Assembly: GCA_963778655.1 (NCBI GenBank)
Contig: CAVZVA010000009.1
Location: 64,001-128,000, forward strand
Source of the DNA: an uncultured delta proteobacterium
GTDB taxonomy: Bacteria; Myxococcota_A; Polyangia; Polyangiales; JAFGIB01
Direction: 5' to 3'
Length of the DNA stretch: 64,000 nt
The notes below the pieces were generated by a model. The model was given only the letters and a program-made list of their open reading frames with translations, did no database searches and was not told the origin of the DNA. Made by a program: the position numbers and the translations under genes. This document shows positions 55,589 to 64,000 of this stretch, one piece after another. The number at the start of each line of letters is the position of its first letter. Positions within the stretch are counted from its first letter, which is position 1.

Positions 55589-56655
55589 CCCGTCGCTCGA
55601 AAGCGGCCGAGAACGGCAGCGCAGAAGAAGACGTCGAGCTTCATTATACGCTGACGCCGAGACTGGCGTCGTCCCTGGCTCGCGCCCAATGGTCGGCCGG
55701 GAAAGCTTCGGCGTCGGGACTTTCGTTCTACGGGCTGCGAGCCCTTCAGACCGAGATGATGCACCTGCGCATCGCCGAGATGACGGTTGCGTGTACCTTC
55801 AACGTCACGATGAAGGAGGTGGAGCGCGTGGTCGCCGGTGACCTCTTGCCGCCACGCCGGCAGGCAGCGATGGAGACCATCCGGCTGGCTACGGCGCTGT
55901 GTGAAGCCGTTCGGCTGGCGACCCGTCGCGCCAAGGCGACGGACGCCGAGACCTGCTGGTCCTACTTCGAGCTCGCGAAAGCCCAACCCATGGGCTGGGC
56001 GCACTTTGTCGGCCTTCCGCGGGGCAGCCTGATCGACCACCGCCGCAAAAAGTCCAAACCGCCGCCGGACATCGTGGGCCTCTACAAGTGGATCGACGGA
56101 GACGAGCTGGTCTCCGATGACCCGATCCTGCGAGCCGCGACCCTTTTCTTTGGACTCCGAGAGCTCGAGGAGGGACGGCCCGGACGGATCGCGCGGATGG
56201 CCGTCGTGGACCACGAGCTCCAAGCCGGCCTCGACCCGCGCGGTCTCCTGGTGCTGCGCAACCGCAAGCTCGGCGGCATGGCCCTTCGCCCCACCGCCCC
56301 TGGATTCGGGCTCGCGCAGACGACAGGAGACCTCACCCGCTACTTCGAGTTCTTTGCGAGCGGCGTGGGCGATGGCATGTCGGACATCGCTCGCGACCTC
56401 GAAGGCCGGCAGGAGAGCGAACAACGGCGTCCTTGGATGACCGTTCGCCCCCCAGACCAACTCGACCGCCAGATCTTCGACGCCGTGCAGCAGCTCGGCA
56501 GTGCCACCATCCAGCAGCTCCTTGGCGCCATCCAAGCCCCACCGCCGCTGCGCACCGTCCAGCGCCGACTCAAGAAGCTCTGCGACAAGGGTCTCCTCGC
56601 CAAGCATGGCAGCCGCCGGGATGCGTTTTACAGGCTCCCCGAGAGCGAACCGTAG
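55585..56655 (+). CDS. Degenerate Fic-fold protein with a C-terminal wHTH
   Basis: DPILRAA and GRPGRIAR (Fic motif lacking HPF); RTVQRRLKKLCDKGLL. Confidence 0.55.
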   Translation: MTRRSKAAENGSAEEDVELHYTLTPRLASSLARAQWSAGKASASGLSFYGLRALQTEMMHLRIAEMTVACTFNVTMKEVERVVAGDLLPPRRQAAMETIRLATALCEAVRLATRRAKATDAETCWSYFELAKAQPMGWAHFVGLPRGSLIDHRRKKSKPPPDIVGLYKWIDGDELVSDDPILRAATLFFGLRELEEGRPGRIARMAVVDHELQAGLDPRGLLVLRNRKLGGMALRPTAPGFGLAQTTGDLTRYFEFFASGVGDGMSDIARDLEGRQESEQRRPWMTVRPPDQLDRQIFDAVQQLGSATIQQLLGAIQAPPPLRTVQRRLKKLCDKGLLAKHGSRRDAFYRLPESEP

Positions 56656-56805
56656 GTCGCGTTCAGTCCGCCATATTTGCGCCACCAACTGGCGCAAGAA
56701 ACCGACCGCGGTCACTTTTCTTCGCTGTTGAAATCACAGGGGTTTCGTGGGTTTGCTGTTAACCAAGGGGTCGTAAGTATACATCCTCGCCTTCGAGCCA
56801 TATTC

Positions 56806-57064
56806 TCGCTGCCTCATCGGCAGCGACCCAAGAGTGAACGAAGCCCCGATCGGTGAGAGCCGCTTGGGGCTTCGGTCTTTCTGGGGCATGACGCGGGGTT
56901 GTGGGCGTTGGGACTGCGCGCGTGGTGGCTCTCCGTTTTTCGCTGGTCGTCGTGGTCGGGTGCGAGGATGGGCGTCGGGGGCTCTCTGCTCGCCGATTCG
57001 AGCCGGAGAACGGGAGAGAGCCGGAGGCTCGCAGTTGACGCAGGCGACCTGGCGGTTGGCAGCG
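56806..57064 (+). repeat. ~260-bp structured repeat, copy 1
   Basis: Highly similar to 59358-59617; contains hairpins TCGCTGCC/GGCAGCGA and CGAAGCCCC/GGGGCTTCG. Confidence 0.85.
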
Positions 57065-57078
57065 GGCGAAACGTGAGG

Positions 57079-57987
57079 TCACGCCCACGGTCCGCCGGGC
57101 GCCCAGTGCTTCACGAACGTCGATCCTGCTGCTGCGAAGAGCGGCTCCTCGACGAAGCGGGCGATGGTGGCCGCGACGTCGCGAAGTTCGCCGAGGGGCG
57201 GCGCGCCGGACTTCCGCAGGAACGCGTTCCACTGCGTAGTCTTCATGCGGTCGTCCGTGAATTCCGTCGTGAGCGCGACAGGCAGCCCCGCGGGAAGCGG
57301 CGTTCCCCTGCGAGCGAACGTCGCCGCGATGGCCCGGGCGAGCAGCTCTCCCTCGAAGGCAAACGTCTGCGAGAGAACCGCGAGGTCGTAGAAGTCCTTC
57401 ATGCGGCTGTTGGCCTGGCCAAGCTTCACCATCGCTTCGAGCTTCTCGGCCACGACCGTCTCGCGCGGGTAGGCGCGGAGGTTCGGAGCCGGAAAGTCGA
57501 GCAGTGGCGGGAAGTCCACGTTCATCGCGTCGGGCGTGATCGCGTCGCCAAAGCCGACGTCGACTTGAAGTCGAACCTTGGCGTTGGTCACCTGGGCGAT
57601 CAGGACCACGCGAACGCCACCGTAGTCCTGCTCTTCGCGGATGGGCCCCACGTCGAGAGTGCTCTCGTCGAAACGGACGCCGTCGTCGTCGACCTCGACG
57701 GCAAGGATGTCGGCAAATACAGCGCGGAGGTGATCTTCGCTGGGATCGCCGAAGCCGAGTAGGTCCACATCGCGCGTCGCTCGGTGAGGCTCCCCGGTCC
57801 AGATGGTGAAGAGTGCGGCGCCCTTGAGGACGAAGCGAGATGCATGCTCGGAGCTCGCGAGGCGATAGAGCAGCCGTTCGTTCGCGTAGCGCGTGAGAAC
57901 GAGTTGGAAGTCCTCTCCTCGCTCGCGCGCGAGGCGCAGTAGTCGAGCGCGCACGGATGCGCCGATATCCTTGGGCGACTTCGTCAC
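57079..57987 (-). CDS. abiEii: AbiEii nucleotidyltransferase toxin (type IV TA)
   Basis: FVLKGA, RATRDVDL, AEKLEA, SRMKDFYD. Confidence 0.9.
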   Translation of the reverse strand: MTKSPKDIGASVRARLLRLARERGEDFQLVLTRYANERLLYRLASSEHASRFVLKGAALFTIWTGEPHRATRDVDLLGFGDPSEDHLRAVFADILAVEVDDDGVRFDESTLDVGPIREEQDYGGVRVVLIAQVTNAKVRLQVDVGFGDAITPDAMNVDFPPLLDFPAPNLRAYPRETVVAEKLEAMVKLGQANSRMKDFYDLAVLSQTFAFEGELLARAIAATFARRGTPLPAGLPVALTTEFTDDRMKTTQWNAFLRKSGAPPLGELRDVAATIARFVEEPLFAAAGSTFVKHWAPGGPWA

Positions 57988-58589
57988 GCCAGCGCCTCCA
58001 GGTAGGGCCGCATGAAGGTGTAGATCCGATCGGCGCGCGCGGCTTCGACAAGGGCATTCATGCCACCCCGATGCGCGCGAAGGTAGTCGCGCAGCGCAGC
58101 CATGGCGACGTCGAGGCCCACGTGCTGCCGGTAGCGGAAGCAGTCGGCAACGGTCTTCGCTGGGCTGGTGACCCGAACCTCCACGCCCTCGACCTCGCGG
58201 GTCTCGATGCCGTGCGCGAGTGCGCGGCCGCTGGCGCGAACAACCTCGAGCTTGGGATAGGAGAGCTTGGGCATGCGGGCGTGGCGATCGATCATCACCC
58301 ACACCGCGTGCGGCACCTCGGTCGTCAGTTCATGGAGCAGCAGTGCGCTGAGCAGGCAGACGGTTGCTTGCGGCACCCGCACGGCGACCTCGGCGAGCGA
58401 GTGCAGCTCGGTGACTGGCGCATCCGCAAGGCGGTAGATCCCTCGATCGACCTGCTCCAGCACCCCCCGATCACACAGCCGACGGAGGTAGACCCGCGGG
58501 ATGCCCGCCTTGGCCAGGTCGCGCGCACGCACTGGCCCCTTGCGGGCGAGCCGCAGGAGTGTGTCAGTCTTGGTGGCTTCGGCTGGCAT
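57984..58589 (-). CDS. abiEi: AbiEi antitoxin (type IV TA)
   Basis: N-terminal wHTH RGIYRL, CLLSAL..H.LT, KTVADCFRYR. Confidence 0.9.
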   Translation of the reverse strand: MPAEATKTDTLLRLARKGPVRARDLAKAGIPRVYLRRLCDRGVLEQVDRGIYRLADAPVTELHSLAEVAVRVPQATVCLLSALLLHELTTEVPHAVWVMIDRHARMPKLSYPKLEVVRASGRALAHGIETREVEGVEVRVTSPAKTVADCFRYRQHVGLDVAMAALRDYLRAHRGGMNALVEAARADRIYTFMRPYLEALA

Positions 58590-58591
58590 GA

Positions 58592-58842
58592 TACGAAACG
58601 TCGGTCCTAACAATTTTAGACATACGTTTTGTAACACAGCGACGGCCGTTGCACAAGCCACCCATCCATGTTGTCTCGCCATTTCAAATAGTTAGGCACA
58701 ATCTCCGACGAAGGGAACGATCTCGTTACTTTCCCCTGGCGCTAGGAACGAATCCGTTCCCAGCGCAGCTGACTACCGCCGGCGCCGCCGCTGCCGATGA
58801 TACGAAACGTATGTCCGAAAGCGTACCGACCGACGTTTCGTA
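58592..58842. promoter_or_regulatory. Two 42-bp palindromic operator-like sites in inverted orientation (58592-58633 and 58801-58842)
   Basis: Arms TACGAAACGTCGGTC and GACATACGTTT(T/C)GTA, each pair with a 12-nt spacer. Confidence 0.7.
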
Positions 58843-58882
58843 ACACCTTGCTCTCTCCCCCGGACAGCGCCCTCATGGCGGC

Positions 58883-59320
58883 ATGTCGTCGTATGCGGAG
58901 AGCGGCCGGGCGCCGCGGACGTTGACCGAGCGGGAGCAGCGGCTGTTGCTGAAGGTCAGCGGGGACCACCGCGCCGGGTTCCGAGATCACGTGCTCTACG
59001 CGATGGCGCTCGGGACCGGGCTGCGCGAGCACGAGCTGGTGGCCCTCGACATGGGCGACGTCTTCAACGCCGCCGGCAAAGCGCGGCGACGGATCGTGCT
59101 GCGGGTGTTCAAGGGCTCCGACCGAGCCAGCGCGGGTCAGGATGTGCTGGTGCCCGAGGGGCTGCGGGTGAAGTTGAACAAGCTGTGGGCCTGGAAGGTA
59201 CGCGGCGGCGACAGTCTCGAGAACGACGCGCCGCTCTTCGTCAGTCGCCTTGGGCAGCGGCTGTCACCTCGGCAGGGTCGACGGAAGCCGCCGCTGACCT
59301 ACTTGCAGTTTCGGAAGTGA
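58883..59320 (+). pseudogene. Truncated paralog of the 8824 tyrosine recombinase
   Basis: Similar through [25 protein letters not shown], then lacks HxxR and the catalytic Tyr. Confidence 0.85.
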
Positions 59321-59357
59321 CCACCCCCCCGCTGCCGACCAGCGAAAAGCCATTTTT

Positions 59358-59617
59358 TCGCTGCCTCATCGGCAGCGACCCAAGAGTGAACGAAGCCCCG
59401 AATGGTGAGAGGCGCTTGGGGCTTCGGTCTTTCTGGGCCATGACGCGGTTTGCGGGTGATGGCCCTGACCGCGTGGCGGCTCTCCGTTCTTCGCTGGTGG
59501 TCGTGGTCGGGCGCGTGGGGATGCGCGTCGCGGGCTCTCTGTGGGCGGATTCGGGCCGGAGAACGGGAGAGAGCCGGAGGCTCGCAGTTGACGCACGCGA
59601 CCTGGGGGTTGGCAGCG
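59358..59617 (+). repeat. ~260-bp structured repeat, copy 2
   Basis: Direct repeat of 56806-57064. Confidence 0.85.
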
Positions 59618-59998
59618 CTAGCAGGTCATGCCTGCGTTCGGCAGAGTGCCGGCCCAGTCGATGCCTCCCGCGTTTGCCAGCCCGTGGGTGTGGATCTCCC
59701 AAAGGACCAGGCGCCAAGAAGTTGTTCCTCCGGAATCGAGTGGCAGTGTCCGAAGCCACTTCGCCCGACACGTTGTCTTGAGCGCTGCCGAACACGCCGG
59801 CGGATGTCGAAGGTGGCCGTTGGCCCCCCATCCAAGCAAGGAACGAAACGCGTTGTGGCCGAGGGAAGTCGCCCAGAACTTGTCGACCGCAACGGTCTTC
59901 GGTGCTGGAGAGCTGCGATGGCGTGGCGATCTCTTCGGCCAGTGCCGCTTCGCAGTAGCAGAAGGCGCGGATCAACCAGTTCGAGTAGTCTGTCGCGT

Positions 59999-61195
59999 TC
60001 ATGGGTGTGGGGCTCCCTTCGGCGTCGCGTCCAGCTCCGTTCCAACACGCAGCTTGTCGAGGTAGCGCTGGTACACCCATGAGCGGTCGCGCTTTTTGCC
60101 GGTGGTTTCGACGAGGACGCCGGCCTTTTCGAGTGCCTCGACGGCGCGCCCAGCGGTGGGCTTGCTGACGCCGAGCTGCTTGATGGCAAAGGCCACCGAC
60201 ACGACGGGATGCCGTGGCAGCAGCTCGAAGAGACGCACCGCCGCGACCGACGTGCCCGCGTGATCGAGGGCGCGTGTTCGATCGTCGGTGACTAACGTGA
60301 AGAGCTCGCGCGCGGAGGTGACCGCCTCGTCGGCGATGGTGGCGACGCCGTCCAAGAAGAAGTCGGTCCACCCTTCCCAGTCGCCGCTAGTCCGCACGGC
60401 GCCCAGGCGGTCGTAGTAGTCACTTCGGTGCCGCTTGAAGAAGAGGCTCAGGTAGAGCAGCGGCTTGGTGAGAAGCTTCCAGTGCTCGAGTAGCAAGGTG
60501 ACCAACAGGCGTCCGATTCTCCCGTTGCCGTCGAGGTAGGGGTGGATGGTCTCGAACTGCACGTGCAGAAGCCCCGCGCGAACGAGAGGCGGCAGATCAT
60601 TGCCTGCGTGAATGTACTTCTCGAACGCCGACAGCAGGTCGCCAAGGGCGTGCGACGGCGGCGGCACGAAGGCCGCATTGCCTGGACGACTCCCGCCGAT
60701 CCAGTTCTGTGTGCGACGCACCTCCCCCGGCTGCTTGTCGGCGCCCCGAACGCCTTGCATCAGGCGCGCGTGCGTTTCGTTGAGCAAGCGCATCGACAGC
60801 GGCAGCCCCGAGGCGTCGGCGAGCTGCGCTCGCGCGAAGTGGAGGGCATCGAGGTAGTTGCAGACCTCCTCGACGTCTGGGCTCCTTGGGCCTTCGTCGC
60901 TCTCGGCCTCGAAGGTGAGCAGATCGACGAGGGTCGCCTGGGTGCCCTCAATCTGCGAGGAGACGACCGCTTCCTTGCGGACGAAGGCGTAGATGAACCA
61001 GTCGAGCGACGGCACCATCTCGCCGGCCAGCTCGAGCCGAACCAACGCCTGCTCGGCCGCTCGGAGCCGCTCGTCGAGGGAACGTTCGATGGCGAGCTTC
61101 GGTCGTGTGGGTGGCAGTGCCGCAGGAATGAAGGCTGCGACCTCCTCGCCGCCCACCTTGGTCCGCTCATAGGTACCTGTTTTCCTTTGCTTCAT
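59999..61195 (-). CDS. Fic family protein with a C-terminal HTH
   Basis: SSQIEG inhibitory motif; HPYLDGNGRIGR. Confidence 0.92.
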   Translation of the reverse strand: MKQRKTGTYERTKVGGEEVAAFIPAALPPTRPKLAIERSLDERLRAAEQALVRLELAGEMVPSLDWFIYAFVRKEAVVSSQIEGTQATLVDLLTFEAESDEGPRSPDVEEVCNYLDALHFARAQLADASGLPLSMRLLNETHARLMQGVRGADKQPGEVRRTQNWIGGSRPGNAAFVPPPSHALGDLLSAFEKYIHAGNDLPPLVRAGLLHVQFETIHPYLDGNGRIGRLLVTLLLEHWKLLTKPLLYLSLFFKRHRSDYYDRLGAVRTSGDWEGWTDFFLDGVATIADEAVTSARELFTLVTDDRTRALDHAGTSVAAVRLFELLPRHPVVSVAFAIKQLGVSKPTAGRAVEALEKAGVLVETTGKKRDRSWVYQRYLDKLRVGTELDATPKGAPHP

Positions 61196-61479
61196 CGCTG
61201 CATCCCGCTCGGAACGAGTTCGTGCCCAGGGCTCCTTGCTGGTAACGAATTCTTTACCAGTCCAGCTCATTAGTCAAGGATTCGTTCCTAACGAAAAGGC
61301 GGCGCTAGGAACGGATCCGTTATCACTGGCTGCCGCTGGAAACGATTTCGTTCCTAGCGGGGCAGGCTTCACCCACGTTGCTCACCAGATCAGCGCGCGT
61401 TCTGGGTTCATCCGGCCGTGCTGGTCTTTGCCCTCGCGCCCATAGACTTGGCGACGGCCTTCTTGGTGGCGGCCTTCTT

Positions 61480-62580
61480 CGATCTAGCCACCGACTTCTT
61501 GCGACTTCGTACCGTGCGAGACACGCCCGCAGTCTCGCGCGCGTCTGCCACGGGCGGTACGCCGCAGGACTGTAGCCGCGTCCACTGCCCCGTCTGCGAC
61601 CCGCGGCAGAGGGCGGTGATTGCCCCCGGCGCGTGCTGTCCGAGCTCGTGCGAGCGGCTGCCCGCAGCGGACGCGGGCAGCGCGAGCGACGCGGGCTCGG
61701 CCGCCGGCTTCGATGCGGGCACCTGTGTGCTGGTGCCGCTGCCGGGCTGCAACAGCAATGCCTGGCCCTACTGCGCGCCCGACTGGCAAACCGCGATGGG
61801 CTGGTACATGGGCTGCCCGAATCCCTTCAGCGAAGCCTCGCTGGCGCGGTGCGACGGCGTCGACGCGAGCTGCTTGTCGATCCCCAACCCCGGCGTGATG
61901 CCGACCTGCGTGAACGGCACTTGCAGCATGCCGTGACTACGCACAACGTTCGTGCAAATCGCGCGACGCAAGCCGCCTCGCGCCACCGTGTACGAGGGGG
62001 ACATCACGTCGTTCCGGAAGATCGCGTCCGGCGGCAGCGAGTGGCGGCTCTCGAGATCGGGATAGCCGAAGGTGGCGAAGTCGAGCACTTCCGTGCCCTT
62101 CACCACCGGCGTGCTGCAGCAGGGCAGGATCTGCTGATCCACGCACCACTGCCGCGTGCAGGGGGCCTGCGACACCTCCTCCACGCTCGGCTCTTCGCGC
62201 CGCTTCGGGCGGCGACACCATCGCCGCTCTGGGCGGCGACGTCGAGCCATTGAAGGCCTGGATCGATCGCCAACACGTCGGGATCGGCGCCGGACGCTGC
62301 GACGTCGAGCGCATCCGCCGCACCGACGAGATCCACGCGCACGACCTTGGAATTGCCCTCGCACGCGATCAGCGCGCTCTTGCCGTCGGGGCGAATGCGA
62401 AGGCCGTGCGCGCCCGTGCGACCAGGCAGCGGGATGCTCCCCGTCGCCCTGGTGGCGATGGGATCGATGGAGCCGGTCGTCACGCGGCCGATCACGTTGA
62501 ACGACGTGTTGTCGATGATGACCAGCTTGTCCGGCGAGCTCCTAGGCCATCGGCGAAGGGCTTGGCGGCGAACACGCTCA
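61480..62580. pseudogene. Patchwork of gene fragments (Cys-rich myxobacterial protein; serine-hydrolase-like and beta-propeller-like pieces)
   Basis: CSRVHCPVC..CCPSSC..DAG on +; FGYPDLESRHSLPPDAIFR and GAHGLRIRPDGKSALIACEG on -; no intact starts. Boundaries approximate. Confidence 0.4.
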
Positions 62581-62807
62581 GCGTAGCCGCTCCCAGGAAG
62601 AAGCCGACGACGGTAGCTCGCCGCTTGGACGCGGGGAGCTTGGCGATTTCGGCCGGCGTTCCGTGCAACTCCGGCTCCTCGCGCTCTTGGTGTGCGGTGG
62701 TTGTGGTCGTCGCGCGCGATGCTCAGAGCACGGGCGCGAAATGGCTGGGCGATGCGGGTGGGCAGTTGCCAATCAAAACGGCTCTGAGGTCAGCAGGGCT
62801 GTGAAGC

Positions 62808-63383
62808 TCAGAGCGCTGGCGAGCTCTCGTTCGCTTCTGCCGGGAGCATCAGGTCTTCGAGGAAGAACGCTGCAAGGTCATGGCGCCCCGACAGCCCTGC
62901 CTTCTTGTAGACGGCTCGGGCTTGCTGCCTGGCGGTAGCCTCGGTGACGGACCGCGCCTCCGCGATCTCTCGATGACTGAGTCCCTTCAAGAGCAGCAGC
63001 CCGACTTCTTTTTCTGCCGGCGAGAGCTGCCAGCGATCGAACTGCTCGTCGATGGCCTGGCTGAGGCCGCGCATGAGATCCCGCGCTTCGCTGCGCCACC
63101 GCTCCGCCTCGGCGGCGCTCTTGGCAAGCTCACCGGCGAGCGCGCTTGCCTCCGCGGACGCGGCTCGAGCCAGGCGCGAGACCAGCACCAGCTTGCGAGC
63201 GACGAGAGCAGCTCCAAGGAACCCAACCAGCAGGATCGTCCCTTCAACAACCACGTGCGAGATCGTCGTTCCCTCGCGGAGGTCGGAGAGGAGATCGGCC
63301 GCTGCCAGGCCCGCCATGAGTGTGAAGGCGATCAGGCTCAACCTGAGCAGCGGTCGCTCGGATGTGAAGTCGGGTTCGTTCAA
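62808..63383 (-). CDS. LuxR-type HTH regulator with N-terminal TM helices
   Basis: LSPAEKEVGLLLLKGLSHREIA...TARQQARAVYKKAG. Confidence 0.85.
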   Translation of the reverse strand: MNEPDFTSERPLLRLSLIAFTLMAGLAAADLLSDLREGTTISHVVVEGTILLVGFLGAALVARKLVLVSRLARAASAEASALAGELAKSAAEAERWRSEARDLMRGLSQAIDEQFDRWQLSPAEKEVGLLLLKGLSHREIAEARSVTEATARQQARAVYKKAGLSGRHDLAAFFLEDLMLPAEANESSPAL

Positions 63384-63479
63384 GCGCTTGAAATTCCTAT
63401 CGTCTCACGTCCGTAGGATAGACCGCGCCTATCCCCGAGACCATGGTGGCTATCAAGTCATACCGCTGGAGGCTTCACC

Positions 63480-63996
63480 ATGGACACCCTGTTCTTCCAC
63501 CCCAAAGTCGTTCACATCCCCATCGCCCTGGGAGTGCTGATGCCCCTCCTCGCCGGTGGGGTTTTGCTGGCATGGTGGCGAAAGTGGCTCCCGGCCCGAA
63601 GTTGGGTGCTGGTCGTCGCGCTGCAAGCCGTTCTGCTCGGCTCCGGCATCGTTGCTCTCCAAACAGGTGAGGCCGAGGAGGATCGGGTCGAACGGGTCGT
63701 CCCCGAGCAAGCCATCGAGGAACACGAAGCAGCAGCGGAGGCCTTCGTGTGGGCGAGCGGCGGCGTGCTGGCGGTGATGCTACTGGCCGGTGCGCTCGGC
63801 TCCCGCCGAATCGGGCTTGCCGACCGCGGCGGCTGCGACGCTCGGGACGCTGCTCGTGCTGGGACTCGGCTACCGCACCGGTCAAGCCGGCGGGAGCCTG
63901 GTCTACGAGCACGGCGCGGCCCAGGCCTACTCCGGCAGCGTGGCTCCGGGGGCAGGTGCCCGGACCGGGTCGCCGGGTCAGGACGACGATGACTGA
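63480..63996 (+). CDS. DUF2231-like membrane protein (frameshift near 63820)
   Basis: HPKVVHIPIAL, IEEHE, GGSLVYEHG. Confidence 0.7.
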
Positions 63997-64000
63997 TCTG

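Noticed and set aside
59241..60002. ORF downstream of fic starting MNATDYSNW
   Set aside because: Degenerates into repeat-derived sequence; at most a fragment.

Overview
High-GC (roughly 70% by eye) bacterial DNA, probably Myxococcota (inferred from GC and Cys-rich 'ADAG' fragments). Positions 1-~32 kb are part of a temperate phage/ICE-like element that runs off the left edge. It has a minus-strand head module (scaffold, prohead protease fused behind two Dam-like methyltransferase domains, Mu-F-like minor head, PBSX-type portal, TerL, probable TerS) and a catalytic-domain-only tyrosine recombinase. It also has recombination/nucleotide genes, two paralogous sigma-like factors, a replication operon (SSB, DinG, SF2 helicase, primase-helicase), XRE/ImmA-IrrE, DUF2924 and a large serine recombinase. 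Positions ~32-61 kb are defence/accessory cargo: DUF488 plus a partner gene split by an IS3, a type 3 BREX locus followed by an HhH-GPD glycosylase-like gene, YhcG, AbiEi/AbiEii, Fic genes and a duplicated structured 260-bp element. The most notable observations are (i) an MTase-MTase-prohead protease polyprotein with V-E-K putative processing sites and a protease fold split over two genes, and (ii) two exact-spacing promoter classes (TGTCCCA-N16-CGCGTTT x4 and TGTCCCC-N16-GGCTTTGCC x2) matching two phage sigma paralogs. Many single-base frameshifts after 31 kb are probably assembly errors. All calls come from motif recognition by eye; no searches were run.
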